From contig CAKPYN010000006.1 in the NCBI GenBank assembly GCA_934202965.1, positions 37,141 to 101,140 on the forward strand: 64,000 nt of DNA, written 5' to 3'. Each line of letters begins with the position of its first letter. Position 1 is the stretch's first letter. Below, one piece after another: positions 45,352 through 54,585 of this stretch. The position numbers were made by a program, and so were the translations under genes. This DNA is from an uncultured Megasphaera sp. (GTDB lineage Bacteria; Bacillota; Negativicutes; Veillonellales; Megasphaeraceae). The notes under the pieces were generated by a model, which was given only the letters and a program-made list of their open reading frames with translations, did no database searches and had not been told where the DNA came from.

Positions 45352-46395
45352 TTACTGAATTACAATTCGCAGTGCGCTTCCCAAGGCTTTATTCAAATTC
45401 GATTGCGTTGTTTTTGAAATAGAGCTTACGGTTAATACGACTTTTTCATTTAAATAATCAACATCTGTATTTACAGACGCATTGGTTGATTCTGTAGCGC
45501 GATAAATTTTTTCAGCCTGGGCCATTAAATTTTTATAGTCATCATAGCTGTATGTAGCAGATTGTACATAAACAGATTCTGCTGGAATATCTTTATCACC
45601 AGCAATGGCCTGTTCCAATTTTTCTTTGTTTTTCTGTGTCTTGACACCGATGCGCAGTTTATCCCCCTGCCAGTACATAATACCGTCTTTCGCAAATTCT
45701 TTTACAGAACCATACGTATCTTTTATATCTTTAAATACTTGCGATTCCAAAGAGCCCTGCACTGCCGCCGCTTCTTTGCTGGCAGCCGTATTACTGGTTA
45801 CAACCCGATACAATACATTGACAGCTTCACCGCGGGTAACATATTTTTTCGGATTAAATCGATTATACGCACCTGTCATGTACCCTGCTGCACCCAACGT
45901 ACTAACTGCATCTTTGGCCCATGGCGAAATGGTTGCACCATCGGCATAGGAAACAGGCTGGCCGCCTACATTGATGCCTTTATAACTCATATAATTATAT
46001 ACAATTACAGCAAATTCTTCCCGCGTAATTTTTTGTTGCGGCTTAAATGTATTATTGCTGTATCCTTTCATAATCTGTTTATCAACGAGAGAAGAAATGG
46101 CACGTTCTGACCAGCGGCCTTTCACATCAGAAAAACCTGCCGTTTTGACAACTGCATTGTCTCCTAACATGTTATTGATAATCGCTGCAATGCCTTCACG
46201 CGTAATATCGTCGTTAGGGCGGAACTGACCGTTCGTACCGCTGACATAATGATTATCATAAAAATATTCAATCGCCGTTTTGCCCCAATAGGTATCAATA
46301 TCTTTCATGGGACTTGCAGCAGAGGCTGCAAAAATGCCGGTACTCATACTGGCAGCTAATGCTGCTACTGCAAAAATTTTGGTATATTTTTTCAT
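45352..46395 (-). CDS. Secreted protein with three SLH domains plus a C-terminal domain of unknown function (paralog)
   Basis: Signal peptide MKKYTKIFAVAALAASMSTGIFAASA and three SLH repeats (FSDVKGRWSERAISSLVDKQIMKGYSNNTFKPQQKITREEFAVIVY). Confidence 0.85.
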   Translation of the reverse strand: MKKYTKIFAVAALAASMSTGIFAASAASPMKDIDTYWGKTAIEYFYDNHYVSGTNGQFRPNDDITREGIAAIINNMLGDNAVVKTAGFSDVKGRWSERAISSLVDKQIMKGYSNNTFKPQQKITREEFAVIVYNYMSYKGINVGGQPVSYADGATISPWAKDAVSTLGAAGYMTGAYNRFNPKKYVTRGEAVNVLYRVVTSNTAASKEAAAVQGSLESQVFKDIKDTYGSVKEFAKDGIMYWQGDKLRIGVKTQKNKEKLEQAIAGDKDIPAESVYVQSATYSYDDYKNLMAQAEKIYRATESTNASVNTDVDYLNEKVVLTVSSISKTTQSNLNKALGSALRIVIQ

Positions 46396-46485
46396 ATATA
46401 TCGCTCCTATCTATTTGTAACATATGTTTATGTACTTAACGGATTTATGCATATTACATATCTTTATTATTTTATCACACCCGCT

Positions 46486-46508
46486 AAAAATAGGGAATAG
46501 TCCCCTAT
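46486..46508 (-). terminator. Terminator after the asparaginase gene
   Basis: Minus strand ATAGGG(loop)CCCTAT followed by TTTTTA. Confidence 0.5.
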
Positions 46509-46526
46509 CGTGATTCACATATCTCC

Positions 46527-47507
46527 TTAATATTCTTGAAACAAACGCCGTATTTTTTCTACATCATGCGTTTGCAAAAGAGCTAACTGCAGTAAAATTT
46601 TTGCTTTTTGCGGCGTCAGCGTATCCGCACAAAGAAGAGACGCGTATTTAGGCACTACACTGACTATACCTCCCAACGTTCTCGATGCCCGTACCACGAT
46701 GCATCCTTGGCGTTCTACTTGCTGTACAGCTTCCCATACATCATCAGGCATTTGTCCATGTCCTAATCCTGCTAAAACAAGTCCCTCTGCATGAGCTGCT
46801 GCCGCTTGTATTAACGAAGTTGTCATACCAACATACGCATATACAATAGCAACTGCCGGCAGCTTTTCTTTGCCAGTGCAAGCAAGCTGGGATGAATCGG
46901 TATGGCGGCGAAGCGGTGCTTGGTAAATATGTGGCTGCCCATCCTGCATAAATCCCAAACATCCCATTTGCCGACTCTTAAATGTATCTACGTGAGTTGT
47001 ATCTGTTTTTTCAACAAATCGTGCGCTATGAATGACGCCATTCATTACTACAACAACGCCGACCGTTCCCAATACCGGATCCACAGCAGCTTGTACTGCT
47101 TCTAATAAATTCAGCGGCCCGTCCGCACTAACAGCAGTCGAAGGGCGCATTGAGCCAACAAGAACAATGGGTTTATCTGTATGTACTGTCAAATGCAAAA
47201 AGTAAGCCGTCTCTTCTAATGAATCCGTTCCATGCGTAATGACGATACCGTCTATTCCCTTATCATCGGCTGCATTCTGCACCCGTTCAGCCAATGCAAT
47301 CCAAAGGGATTCGCTCATATTGGAGCTATCTATATTACAAAATTGTTCACCCGTTACGTCTGCATACTGCGTAATTTCGGGTACAGCAGTCAATAATTCT
47401 TCTATCGTTGCTTCACCTGCTTTATACCCCGTCAAATCTTCAGGCGAAGCTGCTTTTCCAGCAATAGTACCGCCACAGGCAATCATATATATATGTTTTT
47501 TTTTCAT
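46527..47507 (-). CDS. L-asparaginase
   Basis: IACGGTIAGK and ITHGTDSLEETAYFL catalytic Thr motifs. No signal peptide. Confidence 0.88.
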   Translation of the reverse strand: MKKKHIYMIACGGTIAGKAASPEDLTGYKAGEATIEELLTAVPEITQYADVTGEQFCNIDSSNMSESLWIALAERVQNAADDKGIDGIVITHGTDSLEETAYFLHLTVHTDKPIVLVGSMRPSTAVSADGPLNLLEAVQAAVDPVLGTVGVVVVMNGVIHSARFVEKTDTTHVDTFKSRQMGCLGFMQDGQPHIYQAPLRRHTDSSQLACTGKEKLPAVAIVYAYVGMTTSLIQAAAAHAEGLVLAGLGHGQMPDDVWEAVQQVERQGCIVVRASRTLGGIVSVVPKYASLLCADTLTPQKAKILLQLALLQTHDVEKIRRLFQEY

Positions 47508-47538
47508 GGTATATACTCCTATCTATCATACTATAGTT

Positions 47539-47567
47539 ATTATACTGAATCTTTTTTCATTTGACAA
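47539..47567 (-). promoter_or_regulatory. Putative sigma-A promoter of the asparaginase gene
   Basis: Minus strand TTGTCA, 17 nt, TATAAT, immediately after the permease terminator. Confidence 0.5.
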
Positions 47568-47601
47568 AAAAAAGACAGCCCCAATCATTCAGAGCTGTCT
47601 T
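47565..47601 (-). terminator. Terminator after the amino acid permease gene
   Basis: Minus strand AAGACAGC(loop)GCTGTCTT followed by TTTTTTTT. Confidence 0.75.
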
Positions 47602-47616
47602 GTCTTACGTATGTGA

Positions 47617-49101
47617 TTAATGAGCATGTGTAGAAGAAAGGGAAGATTCGCCGTTTTCCGTATGAGATTCAGTCGATACCGGCATGTCATGATGCAGTAT
47701 CCCCATTTTTGCTTTCGTAATAATGCTATGTTTATATCCATAACCAAAATATACACCTAATCCAATGATTAGCCATACTAAGAAACGAATCTGTGTAATC
47801 GTTGGCAGCATAATAATCAAAATGCCGCAGAAGATCATGGCTAAAATAGGAAGTACCGGTACGAAGGGGCATTTAAACGGACGAACTCGATTCGGCTGTC
47901 TTTTACGAAGAACCAAAACAGCGCCAGCAACAATAATAAATGCACCCAGTGTCCCAATGTTAACCATTTCAGCAACAATACCAATTGGTGTAACCCCTGC
48001 CAAAATGGATGTAATCGTCGCTACTAATAAAGAACTGCGAACAGGAACTTTCGTTTTATGACTAATCCTGCCAAAAAACTTAGGTAATAAGCCATCACGA
48101 GACATGACAAATAAAATACGGCTCTGACCAAAGAATAATACCAGTAATACCGATGTTAAACCACAAATTGCACCAACTGATACGACGGCAGCGCCCCAGT
48201 GATAGCCGATTGTCTGTAAGGCAAATGCTACCGGCGCAGCGACGCTCTTAAACTGCAGATACGGTACGATACCTGTTAAAATACCAGAAACTAAGATGTA
48301 TAATACAGTGCAGATAACAAGTGATAAAATAATACCACGCGGCATAGATTTTTGCGGATTCTTTACTTCTTCAGCTGCTGTGGATACGGCATCAAATCCA
48401 ATATACGCAAAAAATACAACAGATGCGCCGGTTAATACGCCTGACCAGCCATACGGCATGAACGGCTGCCAGTTTGAAGCATCGACATGTCCCATGCCTA
48501 GAATAATAAATAAAGCAACAACAGCTAATTTAATGACAACAATTAAATTATTAACAAAACTGCTTTGTGTAACACCACGCATATTAATTAAGCAAATTAC
48601 CCAAATAATTGCCATCGCCGGCAAATTGACAATACCGCCTTCTAAAGGACTTGCCATCAGAAAAGACGGAATGGCAATTCCTAAATTCAAGAAAATATTG
48701 GACAAATACGCAGCCCAGCCAATGGATACAGCGCTCAGGCCTAAACTATATTCCAGTAGTAAATCCCAACCAATAATCCAGGCCCAAAATTCGCCTAATA
48801 CAGCATATCCATACGTATATGCACTGCCGGCCACGGGAATCATGGCAGCAAATTCAGAATAACATAACGCAGCACAGCCGCATGCCAACGCTGCTATAAT
48901 AAACGAAATAACCAAGGCCGGTCCTGAAAAGTTAGCCGCTGCAATACCGGTTAATACAAAAATACCGGTGCCTACAATACAACCAATTCCCAGCATCGTC
49001 AGGCCAAATGTCCCCAACGTCCGTTTCATTCCGCCATCTTGCTTGGTCTCTTCCATAAAATCAGCTATGCTTTTGGTTCTAAAAATCCCCGTATTTTTCA
49101 T
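47617..49101 (-). CDS. APC-superfamily amino acid permease (cationic amino acid transporter-like)
   Basis: 494 aa with 12 or more TM segments and an N-terminal GTGIFVLTG block typical of the family. An AGGAGGGG SD is upstream. Confidence 0.88.
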   Translation of the reverse strand: MKNTGIFRTKSIADFMEETKQDGGMKRTLGTFGLTMLGIGCIVGTGIFVLTGIAAANFSGPALVISFIIAALACGCAALCYSEFAAMIPVAGSAYTYGYAVLGEFWAWIIGWDLLLEYSLGLSAVSIGWAAYLSNIFLNLGIAIPSFLMASPLEGGIVNLPAMAIIWVICLINMRGVTQSSFVNNLIVVIKLAVVALFIILGMGHVDASNWQPFMPYGWSGVLTGASVVFFAYIGFDAVSTAAEEVKNPQKSMPRGIILSLVICTVLYILVSGILTGIVPYLQFKSVAAPVAFALQTIGYHWGAAVVSVGAICGLTSVLLVLFFGQSRILFVMSRDGLLPKFFGRISHKTKVPVRSSLLVATITSILAGVTPIGIVAEMVNIGTLGAFIIVAGAVLVLRKRQPNRVRPFKCPFVPVLPILAMIFCGILIIMLPTITQIRFLVWLIIGLGVYFGYGYKHSIITKAKMGILHHDMPVSTESHTENGESSLSSTHAH

Positions 49102-49125
49102 ACCAATCCCCTCCTACTATCCCGA

Positions 49126-49176
49126 CAAAAAATAAAAAAACACAAGAACACGCTTATCGTAAGCGCACCCTTGCGT
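49126..49176 (-). terminator. Terminator-like hairpin in the permease 5' leader (candidate attenuator)
   Basis: Minus strand ACGCAAG-GGT-GCGCTTA-CGA-TAAGCGT-GTT-CTTGTGT followed by TTTTTTTATTTTTT, ending about 25 nt before the permease SD. The upstream neighbour is divergent, so there is no gene for it to terminate. Confidence 0.55.
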
Positions 49177-49228
49177 TTTTCATATTTTATTCGTCAAGCA
49201 TAAGTCATTTCTTACATTTGATAATTAT

Positions 49229-49256
49229 ATTATAGCGCTTTTATTTATTTTGTAAA
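49229..49256 (-). promoter_or_regulatory. Putative sigma-A promoter of the permease gene
   Basis: Minus strand TTTACA, 16 nt, TATAAT. It gives a leader of about 120 nt. Confidence 0.45.
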
Positions 49257-49365
49257 GTGTATTTCGTATTTTTTCTTTATTTATTTAAAATACGCATGTT
49301 TTTAACGAATATTTTTCTCGTTTCATCCATTCTTTGCTTCTTTCATTCATCATGTCTGCTGCTAT

Positions 49366-49395
49366 TTGCAAAAGGTTAAATTTCTTTGCTATAAT
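49366..49395 (+). promoter_or_regulatory. Putative sigma-A promoter of rarD
   Basis: TTGCAA, 18 nt, TATAAT with an extended TGc. Confidence 0.4.
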
Positions 49396-49428
49396 CATAT
49401 CATATTTTTAACACGGAGGGACATGGGA

Positions 49429-50331
49429 ATGAATGTATACATAGGCTATACGCTGCTAGGACAGATTATTTGGGGACTGCTTCCGTTATTTTGGATGCTG
49501 CTGCAAGATATTTCAGCATTTTATATTTTGGCAACCCGTATCGTTTGGTCGGCTCTTTTTTGTTACGCATTAATTATACAAAAAGGGCTGCTTCCCAAAT
49601 TAAAAGCCGTCACACAATGCCGACACGAATGGCCGTATATAGCCGGCGCCTGCATTATGATTACCCTGAATTGGGGGACTTTTATTTATGCCATGACACA
49701 TCAGCATATTTTACAGTCTAGTCTGGCCTACTTTATCAATCCGATTGTTGTCATTTTATTAGGCTCCTTGCTTTTTCACGAAAAGTTGGGAAAACTACAA
49801 CTATTATCCATTGTATTTGCCATGACCGGTCTGGGAATCGCTATCTTTTTGTTTGGACAAATTCCATATATTTCTCTCATCATCTGCGGCTCTTGGGCCT
49901 CATACAGTTTATTAAAAAAGAAAATACAATTGGACAGCCAAGTATCTGTATTTATTGAGTCCTTTTCTATGGTTCCCCTTTCACTGCTCTTTATTGGCTG
50001 GAGTGAATGGAGCGGTTGTGGCGCCGCCCAAGTATTTCATGGATGGCAATACTTGCTTTTGCCGGCAACAGGTATTGTAACAGCCGTTCCTATGCTGCTG
50101 TTTACAGCCGGCCTCAAAGGCACACCCGTTACGGTATCCGGCATCTGCATGTATTTAGCCCCCAGTATTTCCTTAATTATCGGTCTTCTCAGCGGAGAAC
50201 CGCTGACGCAGCCGCTTTTAGTAACCTTTATATTTACATGGATTGCTGTCGCATTATATATTGCCGGTATTTTTAATATGATAAAAAAAATGAAATCAAA
50301 TGCCCAAGACACGACTATTTCCAGATCGTAA
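49429..50331 (+). CDS. rarD: EamA-family transporter RarD
   Basis: About 10 TM segments with a RarD-like N-terminus (GLLPLFW). The ATG at 49429 is 8 nt after a GGAGGG SD; the ATG at 49423 is also possible. The track start at 49366 lies in the promoter. Confidence 0.8.
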   Translation: MNVYIGYTLLGQIIWGLLPLFWMLLQDISAFYILATRIVWSALFCYALIIQKGLLPKLKAVTQCRHEWPYIAGACIMITLNWGTFIYAMTHQHILQSSLAYFINPIVVILLGSLLFHEKLGKLQLLSIVFAMTGLGIAIFLFGQIPYISLIICGSWASYSLLKKKIQLDSQVSVFIESFSMVPLSLLFIGWSEWSGCGAAQVFHGWQYLLLPATGIVTAVPMLLFTAGLKGTPVTVSGICMYLAPSISLIIGLLSGEPLTQPLLVTFIFTWIAVALYIAGIFNMIKKMKSNAQDTTISRS

Positions 50332-50379
50332 TAAAGATGAAGAACTGCTAAAAAAGAAATATAGCAATATATATACCAT

Positions 50380-50430
50380 AAAAAAGACTCTCTGTGTTAG
50401 AATTAAACTTCACAACAGAAAGTCTTTTTT
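50380..50430. terminator. Bidirectional terminator between the convergent rarD and hydrolase genes
   Basis: AAAAAGACTCTCTGTG(loop)CACAACAGAAAGTCTTTTTT. Confidence 0.7.
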
Positions 50431-50464
50431 ATATAACGCTGATTGATTGGAAAATATATGCGTA

Positions 50465-51199
50465 TTATCGATGCATGTTGTTATCAAGCCATTCGATGGC
50501 ATCTCCCATCATATTGGTCGTAACAAAATGTCCCAATCCATCATAGGTTAAAAATGTACTGCTAATTTTTTCATTCGCCTGCAATTTTGCCATATATAGG
50601 TCTTGTGCATGATTATCGACAACATCATCAGCACCGCCATTCAAGGCCAATACAGAACGCCCTTCCAACCGATGCGTATACAAATACGGATCCATTGCTG
50701 CCAATTCTCTTATCAAGAAGCGATAACTGCGCGGTTTTGCAATATGAAGAGCTGCTCTGAAACGGCGTTCCGATTCATCCCACCATCCGGAACCATTCAA
50801 GGCAATAGCTGTACAAAATTCTTGATAATGTGTCATCACGCCAAGTGATGTGAATCCTCCCATTGAATGCCCCATGACCGCCAGCGGCACGCCGGGACGC
50901 CAGGAAGCGATGTATTTGAGATGCATCGGCACTTCGCGAATGTTTTGAAAAATAGTTTGCCAAAATGCACTATACGATGAGGTTGCATTATAATCAATCG
51001 TTCCCCGTTCTCCATGATTCACAGCATCCGGAATCAACACATCATAACCATAGGATGCTAATATACGGCCTCGTACAGCTTGATATTCTTTTTGCGACGA
51101 CCAGCCATGATAAAACAGTACGACACCCTTAGGCATATCACCACTGCTAATTTGTAAACACGGTATTCCTTCTATATATACGTTCTTTTCTTGAATCAT
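50465..51199 (-). CDS. Alpha/beta hydrolase (serine hydrolase)
   Basis: Nucleophile elbow GHSMGG. A C-terminal D...GHF arrangement is consistent with a Ser-Asp-His triad. Confidence 0.8.
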   Translation of the reverse strand: MIQEKNVYIEGIPCLQISSGDMPKGVVLFYHGWSSQKEYQAVRGRILASYGYDVLIPDAVNHGERGTIDYNATSSYSAFWQTIFQNIREVPMHLKYIASWRPGVPLAVMGHSMGGFTSLGVMTHYQEFCTAIALNGSGWWDESERRFRAALHIAKPRSYRFLIRELAAMDPYLYTHRLEGRSVLALNGGADDVVDNHAQDLYMAKLQANEKISSTFLTYDGLGHFVTTNMMGDAIEWLDNNMHR

Positions 51200-51217
51200 T
51201 CTATATCCTCACCATCA

Positions 51218-51646
51218 TTATCTATTTTTGCTGCGCAGCGCCAATGGTTTATCCAATATCTCTGCCCATACCAGTCCAGCATATATATCTCTGGCTTCCG
51301 GTTCCATCATGCTCCAAGGTTCCGGTTGTACCATATGAGGCACGGTTGAGGCCGTTATGGCTGGTTTTGATTGCACTGTTTCCGGTATCTGTACATTGGA
51401 CGCCAGTGCCGGTTCCGCTGCATTTTCTTTTCCTGCTGTCGGTGCCGTCGGATTTTCTTTTTTATCTTGCACAGTCTCTGTTGCTTTTACAGGCTGCTGC
51501 AGCGACTGACGCTTTCGTTTTACTTCCTCTTTCCGAGGCGGAATCGGTATCGGGCCATTTCGCTTGGGATACTTTCGTTTGCGCCGTAGTACGTCCGGCA
51601 AAATAGCCGCAGCTGCCATGATGACAATAAGCCAAACATAATCCAT
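51218..51646 (-). CDS. Hypothetical membrane-anchored, Pro/Lys-rich protein
   Basis: N-terminal TM (WLIVIMAAAAIL), then a low-complexity P/K/E/T region. It immediately follows floA. Confidence 0.55.
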   Translation of the reverse strand: MDYVWLIVIMAAAAILPDVLRRKRKYPKRNGPIPIPPRKEEVKRKRQSLQQPVKATETVQDKKENPTAPTAGKENAAEPALASNVQIPETVQSKPAITASTVPHMVQPEPWSMMEPEARDIYAGLVWAEILDKPLALRSKNR

Positions 51647-51654
51647 ACCTTCAC

Positions 51655-52701
51655 CTACTTCGTTTTTGTATCTTCATTCGGCCGGTTTGGATGCGTTTCT
51701 TCGGCCGGGGCAGCCGGTTTTGCCTTAGGTACGCCTGCTTGGGCTACAGCTGTCCGCATTTGTGTATCTGCCATAATATTTTTCATATTATAGTAGTCCA
51801 TGACGCCTAATGTGCCATCTCGCAGGGCCTGCGCCAACGCTAAAGGTACTTCCGCTTGGGCTTCTACTACTTTTGCCTGCATTTCCTGCGTATATGCCTG
51901 CATTTCCTGTTCTTTTGCAACCGCCATGGCCCGTCGTTCTTCTGCTTTTGCCTGGGCAATTTGCTTATCTGCCTCGGCTTGATCAGTTTGAAGACGCGCG
52001 CCAATATTACGACCCACATCGACATCAGCAATATCAATAGAAAGGATTTCAAACGCAGTGCCCGCATCCAATCCTTTACTTAATACAGTTTTAGAAATTT
52101 CATCTGGATTTTCCAATACCTGCGAATGATCTGCCGCCGAGCCAACACTGGTAACAATTCCTTCCCCAACGCGGGCAATAACCGTCGCTTCGCCGGCACC
52201 GCCGACCAGGCGATCAATATTAGCACGAACCGTGACACGCGCACGGACTTTCAGTTCAATACCGTTTTGCGCTACTGCAGAAATAAAGGGCGTTTCAATC
52301 ACTTTTGGATTGACACTCATCTGTACCGCTTCCAGTACATCTCGGCCGGCCAAATCAATAGCGCACGCGCGTTCAAATGTCAGGGACATCGTAGCCCGAT
52401 GAGCTGCAATTAATGCATCTACCACGCGATCGACATCGCCGCCAGCTAGATAATGTGCTTCCAGCTGATTAACATTGACATCTAATCCGGCTTTATTCGC
52501 TTTGACAAGGGGCAGAATAATCTTGGACGGAACAACACGCCGCAAACGCATGCCAATTAGATTCACAATGCCGACAGATACACCGGCTGCCATGGCAGAA
52601 ATCCATAAGCCAATCGGTACAAAATGTAAAAACAGTGAAACCACTACAATAGCGGCAACAATGATACTTAAAGGTACGGCAAGTATCGTTAAAATAGACA
52701 T
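51655..52701 (-). CDS. floA: Flotillin-like protein FloA
   Basis: [30 protein letters not shown] and [25 protein letters not shown] closely match the YqfA/FloA family. Confidence 0.92.
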   Translation of the reverse strand: MSILTILAVPLSIIVAAIVVVSLFLHFVPIGLWISAMAAGVSVGIVNLIGMRLRRVVPSKIILPLVKANKAGLDVNVNQLEAHYLAGGDVDRVVDALIAAHRATMSLTFERACAIDLAGRDVLEAVQMSVNPKVIETPFISAVAQNGIELKVRARVTVRANIDRLVGGAGEATVIARVGEGIVTSVGSAADHSQVLENPDEISKTVLSKGLDAGTAFEILSIDIADVDVGRNIGARLQTDQAEADKQIAQAKAEERRAMAVAKEQEMQAYTQEMQAKVVEAQAEVPLALAQALRDGTLGVMDYYNMKNIMADTQMRTAVAQAGVPKAKPAAPAEETHPNRPNEDTKTK

Positions 52702-52719
52702 AAAAACCTCCTTTGTATC

Positions 52720-54027
52720 TTACACATCTCGTTTCGGAATGGGCTCTACCGTAATGCAGTATCCCGTAACGCTAATAACACGAATATCGGTATCTCTGCA
52801 AATATACTCACTGCCGGCTGCTTTGGCTTCTACGCGTTTACCGTCAATTCGCACAAAACCGCCAGGTTTTAAATCCGTAATGGTTCGTCCGCGTTTATAT
52901 AAATATTGACTTTTATCTTCATGCGACGTATACCCTTTTTCTTGGGTAGAACGCGTTCGCAAGGTAACTTTTGACAATAAGCGGCTCTTTGGCAATCGTT
53001 TGCCAATACAATAAAAAAGCAGCACTGCCAATACGGTACCACCGGCTAATATATAAACCGCATCAATGGTCGCGCCCAGCATAAAAAACAAACTGCCGAA
53101 CAGCAGCAGTACACCGAGGACACCAAAAACACCGACCCCCGGCGACACGAGTTCCAATGCAATACAAGCAAAACTGCCGATAAACGCAACTAATACTTTG
53201 ATATCATCCGTCAGCGATTCATCACCGGATACCCATAAAATACCACCCAAGACGATTGCTGTCACTAATCCTACACCGATACCGGCTGTCTTAATTTCCA
53301 AAAATACAGCTGCTAGAATGCATGCAATAAAAATCATGCGGACATATTCATTTTGCAGGATACCTACAATCATATCCTTCCAGTTTCGTTCTTCATATTG
53401 TGTTTTAGCATCGCCCATACTAAAAAAACGCAACGCATCTTCTGGCGTATCCGCCGTTCCTTCCGATACATTTAACTCTTTGGCCTGTTTATCTGTCAGT
53501 GATAAAATCGTTCCCGGCTCTGCATAATCCGGAAATCCTGCTGCCTTATCTACCATCGCTTCGGCCACGCTGGGATTATGGCCCATTGCACCTGCCGTAG
53601 CACTGAATTCTGATTTGAGTACAGCAATATTTTTCTCTGTATTGGGAATCGGCTCGGCCGCGCCAATACTGCTACCCGGTGCCATGATAATATGCCGACA
53701 CGACAAGGCAATCAATGCTCCTGCAGACCAGGCACGGGACATCACATACGCAATCGTTGGCAACGATGTCTGTTGCAGCATGTCACGTATTTTCAACGCA
53801 CTGGCAACGTTTCCCCCTTGTGTATTAATCAGCACCATAACCGCCTTGTCCTGCTGTTCTTCCGCTTGTGTAATACCCCGCTGTACTAACGCAGCCTGAC
53901 TGCCGTCAATGTCTCCGGTAATCATGATAGCCCGTACAGTATCGGCTGCCAGCGTTTGTGGTACAACAGCGACAGCCAGGCAGCACACACTCACAAGGCA
54001 TATACACACACGTATAATGAATGTCAT
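52720..54027 (-). CDS. NfeD-family membrane protease (ClpP-class) partner of FloA
   Basis: Signal peptide, ClpP-like domain (INTQGG, SAGALIA), 4 to 5 TM segments and a C-terminal OB-fold NfeD tail. Confidence 0.88.
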   Translation of the reverse strand: MTFIIRVCICLVSVCCLAVAVVPQTLAADTVRAIMITGDIDGSQAALVQRGITQAEEQQDKAVMVLINTQGGNVASALKIRDMLQQTSLPTIAYVMSRAWSAGALIALSCRHIIMAPGSSIGAAEPIPNTEKNIAVLKSEFSATAGAMGHNPSVAEAMVDKAAGFPDYAEPGTILSLTDKQAKELNVSEGTADTPEDALRFFSMGDAKTQYEERNWKDMIVGILQNEYVRMIFIACILAAVFLEIKTAGIGVGLVTAIVLGGILWVSGDESLTDDIKVLVAFIGSFACIALELVSPGVGVFGVLGVLLLFGSLFFMLGATIDAVYILAGGTVLAVLLFYCIGKRLPKSRLLSKVTLRTRSTQEKGYTSHEDKSQYLYKRGRTITDLKPGGFVRIDGKRVEAKAAGSEYICRDTDIRVISVTGYCITVEPIPKRDV

Positions 54028-54045
54028 AAGACCTCCTTTACTGCA

Positions 54046-54441
54046 TTACGGTTCTTGTTTTTTTAGCCATTGAAAATATCCTGCCTGCTGCAAACGCTGC
54101 AGTTCTTCTGGTGACAGCGAATGGGCTGCCTGTTTTTCCAAATCTTCCAAGGGCTTATTTTCCATGCTGTGAATTCGTTCTACTACGGCTTCATATACCG
54201 TTGGCGGCTTATTTTCTTTAATCCATTCTAACATATGATCCAACCACTTGCGGCAGGTCCAAGCTTCTGCGCCCAAATTATGACCACGCAATATGCGAAC
54301 TTGTTCCTGTTCAGGAATTTTAGCCAAGAACCAATTCCATTTTTCCCGTGCAATAAGATACTGATACATCTCATCTATAGCGCGAATGTGACGATCATGC
54401 AGTTCGAGCGTGTATCGCGACCAAAATAGACTGAGTGTCAT
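54046..54441 (-). CDS. Hypothetical protein (131 aa)
   Basis: The ATG at 54441 (MTLSLFW) follows a GGAGG SD at 9 nt. The ORF-track extension to 54579 lacks support. No motif recognised. Confidence 0.55.
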   Translation of the reverse strand: MTLSLFWSRYTLELHDRHIRAIDEMYQYLIAREKWNWFLAKIPEQEQVRILRGHNLGAEAWTCRKWLDHMLEWIKENKPPTVYEAVVERIHSMENKPLEDLEKQAAHSLSPEELQRLQQAGYFQWLKKQEP

Positions 54442-54585
54442 ATTGACTACCTCCAATATGCAAATATTTAACACACTATTCTTATACAATTCGATATTAT
54501 AGCAAAAAATCCTTTTTATTTCAGCAAAAAAAGTCCCGATTCTATACATTCCGTATAAAATCGGGATCGTGCACTTCATTTCTGA

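Noticed and set aside
44626-46110. Long plus-strand ORFs (218 aa, 182 aa, 114 aa) antisense to the two SLH genes
   Set aside because: They are shadow ORFs opposite genes with clear signal peptides and SLH repeats. Their Cys/Arg/Ile-rich sequences are implausible and there are no start signals.
44122-46395. Calling the SLH proteins OmpM outer-membrane porins
   Set aside because: They carry three SLH repeats and only a C-terminal module of about 130 aa. That is too short for the coiled-coil plus beta-barrel of OmpM.
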